Source: Campylobacterota bacterium (GTDB taxonomy: Bacteria; Campylobacterota; Campylobacteria; Campylobacterales; Sulfurimonadaceae). From it: a stretch of 36,509 nt of DNA. The translations under genes and the position numbers were made by a program. Location of the stretch: the NCBI GenBank assembly GCA_034717975.1, contig JAYEMF010000103.1, positions 1 to 36,509 on the forward strand, read 5' to 3'. Each line of letters opens with the position of its first letter. Within the stretch, counting starts at the first letter, position 1. Positions 24,976 to 33,948 of this stretch are shown here, in pieces. The notes beneath the pieces are model-generated. The model saw only the letters and a list, made by a program, of their open reading frames with translations, made no database searches and had not been told where the DNA came from.

Positions 24976-27527
24976 TGCTAGATAGTCTACTCAAGCCCAA
25001 AACACTCTCCATTAATGCTAATGCTTGGCGAAAGCTTTTTGAGCGTAATCACCTTAGCGAGTATCTTCCTTATGCGACATTTGATGAAACAACCAATATT
25101 TACGAAGGGCTGGACAATCAATACGGCGCGATATTTGAGTGCGTCCCCCGAATCTCTATGGGATCGTCTACCGCCGTAACCATCCAGGAGATGTTGGAAA
25201 AGCTTCCAAGAACTGTTCACTTGCAGATCATCATGTTTGGCTCAAGGAACAGTGAAGACCTTATCTCTGCATGGGAGCATGATCATTGTCGCAGGGCTGA
25301 GCATGACGACGCGCACGGCCACGTGCTAAAGACTGCTATTAAGAATATGGCAGGATTTTACCGACAGAAACATTACGAATCAGTCGGAAAACAAATGGTG
25401 GCGAAGCTGCGAAAATATCATCTCTATTTTGTCCTAAAAAGCGAGGATTTTGAGGATCTTCGCAACACGAAGGCGATGATGAGTGACTTGCTTGGATCAA
25501 ACAACTTTCATCCCCGGGCGGTTTCCCCATACGACCTTAAGCCCATGCTGTGGGAGATTTGGAACGGAAACCACTTTAAAAAAGATGAAAACGGCGACAC
25601 AACGCCTAGTTTTGATATTCCTGAATATGAAGAAGCGCGAGAGATTAATCGACAGATTATTGAAAGCGATACGGTGGTTGAGTTCCGGGACGATTGTGTT
25701 ATAGCCGATAAGCGCTACTGGAAGGTGTTGAGTCCAAGTAAGCTTTCTAGTCATGCCCACTTGTTTGACTTTGGTATGCGCCTCGGCGACTATGTTTCAA
25801 ATGTCATGGATACAAACCAGTTTAATGACAGCTTTCTGTTGACATTAAATATTAAACGCCTTCCAAAAAAAGACACTGAGGAGGTGAAACGTAATCACGG
25901 AATCATTAACGGGCAGCCCTGGCCAGATGTGGTTCGTGAGTTCCATAAGCGTAAAGATGAGTCGGGAAGCATTCTTGACCGCATAAACAATAACGAAGAG
26001 CTTTTTGTTATGGATATGAATGTTTGCGTGAGTGGTGATACGCAAGAAGAGATGAACTTTAATGCGGAAAGTATTATGTCTTATTGGAACAAGGGGGGTG
26101 ACAAATCTTCAATCAAGCTCACTCCGATCGATGGTGTCCATCAGCTGGCGCTTATCGCGTCAATGCCGTTAGGAATCAATGATGAATATTATGATACGAC
26201 TCGTAAGTTTTATAAACTTTTTGGTGAACAGCTCACTCAGTATCTTCCGCTTGAAGCTGATTATGCCGGTACACACCCAAATATGATGCTTTTTTCAAGA
26301 CGCGCACAGCTCGCGGGTCTCGACCTTTTTGAGTCTGACAACAACTATAACGGGTATGTCATTGCCACTTCCGGATCAGGAAAGTCTGTGTTTCTGAATA
26401 TCCTTGCTTTCCAGAGTTATGCCCGTGACGACATTGTTTTTATTGTTGATATTGGAAATTCATATAAAAAACAGTGCGAGGTAGTTGGAGGACAATATAT
26501 CGAGCCAGATCCGAAAAATCCGAAGAGCATCAACCCGTTCAGTGATATCAAATCGATGGAGCAGATGCGTGATGACCTTGAATACCTATCCTCTTTTGTA
26601 TATATGCTCGGAGCTTCGAAGTCAGTTAGAAAATCAGAGGAAGTCGAAAAGCTGATTAAAACACGACTTCAGCAGGTCATACTGGAGCTTTTCGAAGAGT
26701 TTCGTGATGATCTCGAAGTCACCTATATTCGCGACAGATTAATGCAAGAAGACGACCGGCGCCTACTAGACTTTGCAGCACAGCTTGGCTCATATTGCCG
26801 TGGAGGAATTTATGAAGGCTTCATGTGCGGCAGAAACGAGATAGACATGCAGGCTGAATTTATTGTAGCCGAACTAGGCAAAGTTGAAAACGAAGAGGCA
26901 ATTCGAGATCCATTGATCATGATCATGCTCTATCATGTAGGCAACAAGCTTTACCATGGAGACAACGATAAGAAAATGCAGATGATCTTTGACGAAGCGC
27001 ATAAGTTTTTGGGAAAAAATCCCCGTATGGATGATTTCATTGAGCAGGCATACCGTCGTGCGCGTAAGCATGGAGCCAGCGTTATTATCGCGACACAGGG
27101 ATTCGATGATATTTATTCCGCGCATGGCGGCCTTTCCCGTGCCGGAACGACCATTGTAAACAACTCATCATGGAAGTTCTTTTTGAAGCAGACGGGCACA
27201 TCTATCAATATGCTGATCCAATCAGGAGTGTTTAGTTTTAGTCCCCTAGACGAGGATGTGCTGCGAAGCATTCGCACCATTAAGCCGCAGTTCTCCGAAC
27301 TTTTTGTTATTACGCCTGATGAGACAAAAGTGCCATTCAGGCTGGTGATGGATAAGTATTTTTACTATCTTACGAGCACCAACCAAGACGACAAAATGAA
27401 GATCTCAAAGATAGCAGAGGAGTACGGTATTGGAGATGCGGATGCCATAGAGATTCTTGTTCAATTAGAGAACGATAAGGCGGCAGCCGAGAAGAAGAGA
27501 TCCAAAGCACAAAAGGAGGCAGCATAA
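24975..27527 (+). CDS. traC: TraC (VirB4-family ATPase)
   Basis: LSEYLPY, NYNGYVIATSGSGKS, IVDIGNSY, SINPF, IFDEAH, YRRARKHG..IIATQ. Confidence 0.96.
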   Translation: MLDSLLKPKTLSINANAWRKLFERNHLSEYLPYATFDETTNIYEGLDNQYGAIFECVPRISMGSSTAVTIQEMLEKLPRTVHLQIIMFGSRNSEDLISAWEHDHCRRAEHDDAHGHVLKTAIKNMAGFYRQKHYESVGKQMVAKLRKYHLYFVLKSEDFEDLRNTKAMMSDLLGSNNFHPRAVSPYDLKPMLWEIWNGNHFKKDENGDTTPSFDIPEYEEAREINRQIIESDTVVEFRDDCVIADKRYWKVLSPSKLSSHAHLFDFGMRLGDYVSNVMDTNQFNDSFLLTLNIKRLPKKDTEEVKRNHGIINGQPWPDVVREFHKRKDESGSILDRINNNEELFVMDMNVCVSGDTQEEMNFNAESIMSYWNKGGDKSSIKLTPIDGVHQLALIASMPLGINDEYYDTTRKFYKLFGEQLTQYLPLEADYAGTHPNMMLFSRRAQLAGLDLFESDNNYNGYVIATSGSGKSVFLNILAFQSYARDDIVFIVDIGNSYKKQCEVVGGQYIEPDPKNPKSINPFSDIKSMEQMRDDLEYLSSFVYMLGASKSVRKSEEVEKLIKTRLQQVILELFEEFRDDLEVTYIRDRLMQEDDRRLLDFAAQLGSYCRGGIYEGFMCGRNEIDMQAEFIVAELGKVENEEAIRDPLIMIMLYHVGNKLYHGDNDKKMQMIFDEAHKFLGKNPRMDDFIEQAYRRARKHGASVIIATQGFDDIYSAHGGLSRAGTTIVNNSSWKFFLKQTGTSINMLIQSGVFSFSPLDEDVLRSIRTIKPQFSELFVITPDETKVPFRLVMDKYFYYLTSTNQDDKMKISKIAEEYGIGDADAIEILVQLENDKAAAEKKRSKAQKEAA

Positions 27528-27528
27528 C

Positions 27529-27879
27529 ATGAGAGAATGGATAATGACTCTTGCCATAAATATGATGCTGACGCTAGTGCTGATTGTAGGTTATGACAAA
27601 TTCTATAAACAACCAGAACCAACAATTGTTGCCATTGATGTTCAGTCAGTGTTGGCTCCAAAGGAAAAGGCGTTCAAGGCGCGGCTAAGAAATTCAGAAA
27701 ATGCAGAGGAGATGGGAGTGATCTATAACGAATCTGTAGCCTATATGGACAAAGTGTATGCATCAATAAACGCTTATGGGAAACAAAATAATCTGATCAT
27801 ACTCGATAGACGAGCCATACTGAGCGGAGAAACGGAGGATTTGACGAATGAGCTATCTAAAGCACTTGCGAAAAAGTGA
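27529..27879 (+). CDS. trbI: TrbI-like small membrane-anchored protein
   Basis: One N-terminal TM, IVAIDV, NLIILD..AILSG..DLT; directly after traC as in F. Confidence 0.7.
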   Translation: MREWIMTLAINMMLTLVLIVGYDKFYKQPEPTIVAIDVQSVLAPKEKAFKARLRNSENAEEMGVIYNESVAYMDKVYASINAYGKQNNLIILDRRAILSGETEDLTNELSKALAKK

Positions 27880-28402
27880 TATCGCCGAACGGTTTAATGA
27901 GCGGATACTGTCAAATAGAAGGTTTTACATTCTTTTGGTAGTGGGCACCATCTTTTGGATGAGTGCTCTTTTTGCATTCAAGCAAAACTTTAACTTCCAT
28001 GTCAATCTAACCCCCTCTTTACCATTTACCTTTCTAGTCACCAATAAAACGGTGGATAATACCGACTTGACTAAGCGAGCAATCGTAGAGTTCCCGCTCG
28101 GCTTCGACAGTCCATACAAAAAGTATAAGAAAGACTCTATGTTCGCCAAGCAGCTGGCATGTGTGCCGGGGGATTTGCTTGAAACCAAAGGGCTTGAATA
28201 TTACTGTAATGACTTTTTGATTGCTACGGCATTGACGCATGACTCAAAAGGCAAGGCGATCACTCAATATTTCAATTTCAACGGTGTTGTTCCGGAGGGG
28301 CAATATTTTGCAAGAGGCATACACTCTCATTCGTATGATTCTCGCTATTGGGGTTTCCTTGAGAAGAAACAGATTACAGGGGTAGGCGTATGGCAATATT
28401 AA
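27848..28402 (+). CDS. S26-family conjugative signal/pilin-maturation peptidase (TrhF-like)
   Basis: NLTPSLP (Ser), FAKQL (Lys), PGD, SYDSRYWG. Confidence 0.9.
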   Translation: MSYLKHLRKSDIAERFNERILSNRRFYILLVVGTIFWMSALFAFKQNFNFHVNLTPSLPFTFLVTNKTVDNTDLTKRAIVEFPLGFDSPYKKYKKDSMFAKQLACVPGDLLETKGLEYYCNDFLIATALTHDSKGKAITQYFNFNGVVPEGQYFARGIHSHSYDSRYWGFLEKKQITGVGVWQY

Positions 28403-29838
28403 AAAACAGAGCTTCCCCTCTGATATTGGCAATGGCTTTGACCTCGACATCCAATGCATCTATGCAATCGTTTATTGAGGGAAATATAGACGGCTCTTAT
28501 AGAGCAGTTTCCCCAGGCTACTTCAAGTCACAAACGGCAAGCAACTATACGGGTGGGAATATGGCTATCCGATGGGGCGGCGGGGGCGGTATTACAAACC
28601 CTGTGCATATTACTCCTCCGTCCATGTCGGTGGGGTGTGATGGCATCGATCTCGCATTTGGTTCATTTTCATTTATGGACCCCGATATGTTTATAGAGAA
28701 GGCAAAGCTGATTGCACAGGCTGCACCGGCCTTCGCATTTAAGATGGCTCTCTCTACGCTTTGTAAAGAATGCGACACTATTATGACTGAACTTGAAGCT
28801 GCCATCAATGCTATCAATAACATCTCAATGGATTCATGCGGAATTGCTCAAAGCCTCGGCACGATGGCGGGAAAAGCTATCGGGCAAGAAGTGATCAGCG
28901 GTACGGCAAGCGATCATAATGATGCTCATTCGAGATATTTCAGCGATCCTCTTGGGGGATTCCAGTCTTTTGTAGGAGGTGTCAACACTGCCCTCGGAGG
29001 AACCTGGAGTATCACGAGAGACAAGATGGCCTATGGATCTCTCTTGAAGCAAATCATGGCATCTAACGACAGCTTCTTGGCGTCGGAAGATTGGATGGAG
29101 CCGCTTATTCGAGGCATTTACGGGGACTTGTACGGGTATAACACCGGAGGAAAGCAGGATGGACTGGTAAATATTGGAGCCTCTATCGAGATCAATAATT
29201 TTATTGATCTTATGATGAATGGGAAAAATGAAAACAGTGATGAGCTTCTCGGCGTTGTTGTTCAGGAGACTATGGTTGGCGACATACCCGGTATACCGAA
29301 CTGGGAGAGTGTTGACCAGGTGGCGAGCATAGAGCTTATTCTGCCTGCCGGTATTGTAGGGCTCGTGTCTACCAATATAGAATCCATAAAAGACAAGGTG
29401 ATCACAAGAACGGCGTTGAGCGCCAATGAAATAGGTTTTCTAAATACCATTTCCGTTCCGGTATGGAGAGCGATTAATGCTGAAGTCTCAGCATTAAGAA
29501 GAAGCCAGACATCATCGTTTCTTACTGAAAGTGCCTATTTCTCAATCGCCTATTTTCAACTGGAACAACTTCTTCGCTATTTCAATACAGCGATCATGAA
29601 GGGCATAATTAATGTCGAAAACAATCTAAATGGAATGCTCGATGCAGAGAAGCGTTTTTTTATTGATGAATATAAGGCGCTGGTGGAGCAAAGAGTCAGG
29701 GCAATAAATACCGCATTGTATCAAAAGCGCAACCATTATGTAACAACTACCGACAAGGAGCTGATGGCCCAAATTGAAAAATTTGAGACAGACTATCGCC
29801 GGCAAGCTATTTCAAGATCTTTTGCAAACGGATTGTAA
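28390..29838 (+). CDS. traH: TraH
   Basis: PGYFKSQT..YTGG, PPSMSVGCDGIDLAFGSFSFM, AFKMALSTLC, MDSC. Confidence 0.93.
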   Translation: MAILKNRASPLILAMALTSTSNASMQSFIEGNIDGSYRAVSPGYFKSQTASNYTGGNMAIRWGGGGGITNPVHITPPSMSVGCDGIDLAFGSFSFMDPDMFIEKAKLIAQAAPAFAFKMALSTLCKECDTIMTELEAAINAINNISMDSCGIAQSLGTMAGKAIGQEVISGTASDHNDAHSRYFSDPLGGFQSFVGGVNTALGGTWSITRDKMAYGSLLKQIMASNDSFLASEDWMEPLIRGIYGDLYGYNTGGKQDGLVNIGASIEINNFIDLMMNGKNENSDELLGVVVQETMVGDIPGIPNWESVDQVASIELILPAGIVGLVSTNIESIKDKVITRTALSANEIGFLNTISVPVWRAINAEVSALRRSQTSSFLTESAYFSIAYFQLEQLLRYFNTAIMKGIINVENNLNGMLDAEKRFFIDEYKALVEQRVRAINTALYQKRNHYVTTTDKELMAQIEKFETDYRRQAISRSFANGL

Positions 29839-29839
29839 A

Positions 29840-31147
29840 ATGAAATTTCTTCTATCGACAGCCATTGTGATCTCATCGCTATTTGGTGCTGACATGACAA
29901 GCAGCAGCATTGACGGGACAGATGCCGCCAACTCTGTAAGAACTTTTTTCAGCAGTGATTTTACTGATACCATCAACAAGCCTATGACAAGTGATGCCTC
30001 AATGCAGACTGTCGATGGCGGACAGACGTTTGATGGGGTAAATATCACTTGTGCCGCGGCGCTAGAGGGGGAGTATCTCAGGGTTGAGTACCTATTGGAA
30101 GCCGGCAGCGAAATGGTTCCTATCAGCAGGCTTGATACTGACCTTGACGGTGCGTATGATACTCAAACAATCAGTTTTCAGAATGAGTCAGGAGGATCTA
30201 TTTCTTCGGTGAGCGCAAGCGGCCTGTGCGTTGACGGTATTGTTTCTTGCACCCCAGGGACATGGAGTGACTGCGATTTTTACGAATGGCAGTTCGATGG
30301 CTCTGTAGTAATTCTGCAAAGGGCAATGCGTGACGATCTTTCGACTTGCCAGTGTACAAATGAAGCGTGCGGATCTGCTGCGGCACTACAAAAGTATGGA
30401 ATGCTGAATATCATGTCGGAAGGAATCTTTCAGAAGGTATTTAGCGGGAGTCCGGACTTTGTTGTATCTAATGTGCAAAATGACGGCACCTCAGTGATGT
30501 ATTACGGACAGGACAACAGTGCGTGCAACACAGGAGTAACGCCCACAACATATACCGGTTCACTTGAGAATAAAGGTGAGCTCGCAAGACAGGACGCTCT
30601 ATTGGATCCAAACTCAGCTTATTCTGTTCTCCAGGACTCAGCTTACTCCAATGAGACGAGCCAGATAGACAAGACTTCAAGTTTTTTGACGAGCAGCTAT
30701 ACCAGCGAGTATATTTCAGCGGAAGATGAAGCGCGAATGGATGATCGTCAGGCGTCGATATATTCTTCAACCAGCAGCACACAGATAGGTGATATGCAGG
30801 CGTTCAGCTATACAGACCAATATGTCGATGAAAATGGAAACACAATCACAACTGCTCAAAGTTCAGTGGCTTACGGTGGTGGTGGTGATACAGTGCTGTT
30901 CTGTCAGGTTGAATGGCAAGGCATTTCGGCTACTGTTTTCTCTGATAAAACCAATGCATCTGACTATGCTAGTGCCAGGGAAATGGTCAGAGTTGAGACA
31001 AGAGAGTGTGTTGATGGATCCTGCCCTGTAAACGCAGGGGAGGCTATCAAACATTCGTGTGGACCGATCAGTAATTTCCCTGAAGTTGTTGTTCGAATGG
31101 AAGCCGCACATGAAGCCACCAAAGATATGATCTGTAGTACTGATTAG
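29840..31147 (+). CDS. Exported Cys-containing protein, probable N-terminal part of a split TraN
   Basis: Signal peptide; SGLCVDGIVSC.PGTW.DC, CQCTNEAC, C-terminal C..GE.IKHSC; sits between traH and the TraN C-terminal gene. Confidence 0.6.
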   Translation: MKFLLSTAIVISSLFGADMTSSSIDGTDAANSVRTFFSSDFTDTINKPMTSDASMQTVDGGQTFDGVNITCAAALEGEYLRVEYLLEAGSEMVPISRLDTDLDGAYDTQTISFQNESGGSISSVSASGLCVDGIVSCTPGTWSDCDFYEWQFDGSVVILQRAMRDDLSTCQCTNEACGSAAALQKYGMLNIMSEGIFQKVFSGSPDFVVSNVQNDGTSVMYYGQDNSACNTGVTPTTYTGSLENKGELARQDALLDPNSAYSVLQDSAYSNETSQIDKTSSFLTSSYTSEYISAEDEARMDDRQASIYSSTSSTQIGDMQAFSYTDQYVDENGNTITTAQSSVAYGGGGDTVLFCQVEWQGISATVFSDKTNASDYASAREMVRVETRECVDGSCPVNAGEAIKHSCGPISNFPEVVVRMEAAHEATKDMICSTD

Positions 31148-31150
31148 GGG

Positions 31151-33544
31151 ATGAGAATGAAACGTATATTGTTAATAATCTTACTATTTGTCACCTCTCT
31201 TTGGTCTACTTGCGCATACCCCGTATTATTATATGGAGACCATTATTACACCCATGTCACCAAAGATTATACATGGGATGAGGCCAACAACTACGCAATG
31301 TCTTTAGGTGGATATCTGGCAATTCCAAATGACACTGAAGAGAACAACTGGTTTGTAGCGCAGGGATGGAGAGAGGATTGGCTTGGAATTTATGACCCAA
31401 ATAAAATAGAAAATTTTTGTACAACGGGGGCATCAACTTGTATCCCTGATGACTCACGCTTCAGAACTGTTAAGGGAGATGCTGTTCTATATAAGAATTG
31501 GGAAGATTACGAACCAAATAATCTTGTACTTCCTGAAGACTTTGATGAAAACGGTGATCCGCTGGTTACCCCATTGGGCGAGTATTGGGTGCTTTTAGGG
31601 ACAAGTGGGAAGTGGGGGGACTATGGCAATCATGCCAATAGTTACCAGTCTATATTTAGAACCTCATCTATTATTGAGTTTGACACAGCACCGGCTTGTC
31701 ACGGAGAGGAATCGACAGAAGAGATCGTTGTGCCTGATGTATTTTGTATTGCGGATTATAATGGTGATGACGTCGGCCAAGAGGAAGAGATATTTGAATG
31801 CACACCATCAACTACGGGGTCCGTATGCGATGCAGATATGGAAATGTGCGATCCGAAATACATAGATGCTAACTGTACTTCTGACGGTGTTCTTGAGACG
31901 GATCGAAATATGTGTCAACTGGACGGCTCAATAGCATGTCCTGCGGAATACACGTTTGATGAGCTGTCGGATTTGTGCTATCAGGACGTGGTGCGCGCTG
32001 TGCCGGATATGTGCCCGAATGATAACTATGTCTTTTGGCAGGACGATCTGTGTATTGACGAACCTGTGTGCCCAGTCGGAACAACCTATGATACAACACG
32101 CAATAGATGCGAAGCTCCTGTGGTTTGCCCAACAGGAACTTTATATAACTCTGTGACCGGCTTTTGTGAAGAAAGATTTCCCGCGAGTGCTGACTGTTCT
32201 CTTACGATTCAAGGAACCGTCTTTGAATCTATTCCGGCCCCAGACGGAACGAGCATCGTTGGAATAGACACATTAATCAGTAATCAGATCCAGGACACGG
32301 TATTTTGGTTTGATAGCGGGTGTGTTGTCAAGGCTTACGCAACTTTCCCTGTTGCAGTGGTATCAGGATTCCCAGATGCAGAACCTGGAACATCTTTTGA
32401 TGTTATTTTTACTGGACCAGTTGAGAATACATCTACAATGTGTAACAGCGGGGATATATATACGGGCTCCGATTGTCTGCGTCAGGTTTCGCCATCTTGT
32501 TCCGTGACCGCACCGTATCAGGACGGAGATACTTGCTATAACTCTGCTTCGTGCCTCGATGGAGGCACGCTTGATGACGCCGTAGACCAGTGTGTATTGC
32601 CTACTGAACCTGCCTTTAATGAGGAAGAGGTAGATTGTGGAGTCGGCACATTAGATGTAAATACTTCACGATGTATCATCCCTGATACAGTTAATGAGGA
32701 CACCTGCCCTGAAGGATATTCATACTCGCCGTATCCTGTGAGTAAATGCGAGGCAATTCCACTGTGTGAGCAAGGTACATATATCCCTGCTCCCGATGCT
32801 TTGCCGAAGCCGTACAACAATACAGTAGACCACCTTATTACCGACATGTGCTATTTGGGCGATGTTGCGTGTCCTCACGGTGATCAATTTGATTGTATGA
32901 CGGTGCCTACATTGGACTATCTCAACTACTGTTCCCCGTGGTCTTGTACGGACGCATCCGGAATAACCTATAGCGGATCGGTTGTCGGTTCGTCAGACAA
33001 AACAAATGATGCGGTAATCGACGAGAATGGCTGTGCCGGGCAAATTTATATATTCAACGGAAAAGACTACCGCTGTCGCTCGGAAGATGCCTTCTTTGGA
33101 TTGACAGGCGGGGGATGCTGCGATGAAGATAAGGTATTTCTCAATCTTGTTACGTGTAAAGAAGATGAAAAGATACTGGCCGTTAAGAACCGTAATGATC
33201 TTTGCCATTACGTGGGGGAATATTGCTCAAAGGAGCTTGATCTTGTACTCACGACGATATGTATTCAGAAGACTCAGACATATTGCTGTTTCAACTCTGT
33301 TTTGGGGAGGATTATGCAGGAACAGGCAAGGCCTCAGCTTAATATCGCCTGGGGCAGTCCGGAAAGTCCGCAGTGTCGAGGGTTTAAGCCAGAAGAGTTT
33401 GAAAAGATAGACTTTAGTCAACTGGATTTGAGTGAATTTGAAGAGTCGTTAAGCTATCCAGGGGGAGAGACCGATACGACAAGCAGTTTTTATGACGATA
33501 CCAAAGAGAGCATTACCTCGAAAACGGAGGGAATAGTGCAATGA
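31151..33544 (+). CDS. traN: TraN mating-pair stabilisation adhesin with an N-terminal C-type lectin-like domain
   Basis: TraN C-terminus IFNGKDYRC..CC..CHYVGEYCS..C.QK..YCCFNSVLGRIMQEQAR.QL..WG..PQCRGF..EF.KIDFSQLDLSEF; own signal peptide. Confidence 0.93.
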   Translation: MRMKRILLIILLFVTSLWSTCAYPVLLYGDHYYTHVTKDYTWDEANNYAMSLGGYLAIPNDTEENNWFVAQGWREDWLGIYDPNKIENFCTTGASTCIPDDSRFRTVKGDAVLYKNWEDYEPNNLVLPEDFDENGDPLVTPLGEYWVLLGTSGKWGDYGNHANSYQSIFRTSSIIEFDTAPACHGEESTEEIVVPDVFCIADYNGDDVGQEEEIFECTPSTTGSVCDADMEMCDPKYIDANCTSDGVLETDRNMCQLDGSIACPAEYTFDELSDLCYQDVVRAVPDMCPNDNYVFWQDDLCIDEPVCPVGTTYDTTRNRCEAPVVCPTGTLYNSVTGFCEERFPASADCSLTIQGTVFESIPAPDGTSIVGIDTLISNQIQDTVFWFDSGCVVKAYATFPVAVVSGFPDAEPGTSFDVIFTGPVENTSTMCNSGDIYTGSDCLRQVSPSCSVTAPYQDGDTCYNSASCLDGGTLDDAVDQCVLPTEPAFNEEEVDCGVGTLDVNTSRCIIPDTVNEDTCPEGYSYSPYPVSKCEAIPLCEQGTYIPAPDALPKPYNNTVDHLITDMCYLGDVACPHGDQFDCMTVPTLDYLNYCSPWSCTDASGITYSGSVVGSSDKTNDAVIDENGCAGQIYIFNGKDYRCRSEDAFFGLTGGGCCDEDKVFLNLVTCKEDEKILAVKNRNDLCHYVGEYCSKELDLVLTTICIQKTQTYCCFNSVLGRIMQEQARPQLNIAWGSPESPQCRGFKPEEFEKIDFSQLDLSEFEESLSYPGGETDTTSSFYDDTKESITSKTEGIVQ

Positions 33545-33596
33545 TCTTGATATGTCTGGATTTGAAGCTTGACAAAACATAAATCACAGAATTAAT

Positions 33597-33615
33597 GTTA
33601 ATGATAATCATTGTC
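33597..33615. promoter_or_regulatory. Fur-box-like operator
   Basis: GTTAATGATAATCATTGTC matches the classical consensus GATAATGATAATCATTATC at 17/19; TTGACA lies at 33569-33574. Confidence 0.7.
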
Positions 33616-33660
33616 TAATAAAAGTGATAATACAACAATAAATATGAAAAGGGATATGTC

Positions 33661-33945
33661 GTGAATCACAAAAAAACGGAGACAACCGCCTTAATAAATG
33701 AATTAATTAAGAGTAAAATGAAAGAGCAGATGAGTAGGCAAAAATCTACAATCAAGACGCTGGTCGCCCTTTCGCTTAGTATCGAGAAGAGCCGAAACTA
33801 TTTATCCAGTGTGCTCAATTTGAACAATCTGCCGAGAATGGACGTTTTGTACTCCTGTGCTTATGCGCTTGGTTGTAGTGTACACGCTTTAATGCCGACT
33901 CGCGATGAGATTCATCAAGAGCTAGAAATCAGAAAAGGAAACTAG
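33661..33945 (+). CDS. XRE/Cro-like HTH transcriptional regulator
   Basis: TIKTL..SRNYLSSVLN...PRMDVLYSCAYALGCSVHALM. Confidence 0.75.
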   Translation: MNHKKTETTALINELIKSKMKEQMSRQKSTIKTLVALSLSIEKSRNYLSSVLNLNNLPRMDVLYSCAYALGCSVHALMPTRDEIHQELEIRKGN

Positions 33946-33948
33946 ATA

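Larger units (their letters stand above)
6021..33544 (+). mobile_element. F-type T4SS conjugative transfer region of a plasmid or ICE (element boundaries lie outside the window)
   Basis: traG, F, W, U, trbC, traA, L, E, K, B, V, C, trbI, S26 peptidase, traH and traN homologues, all on the + strand. Confidence 0.93.
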
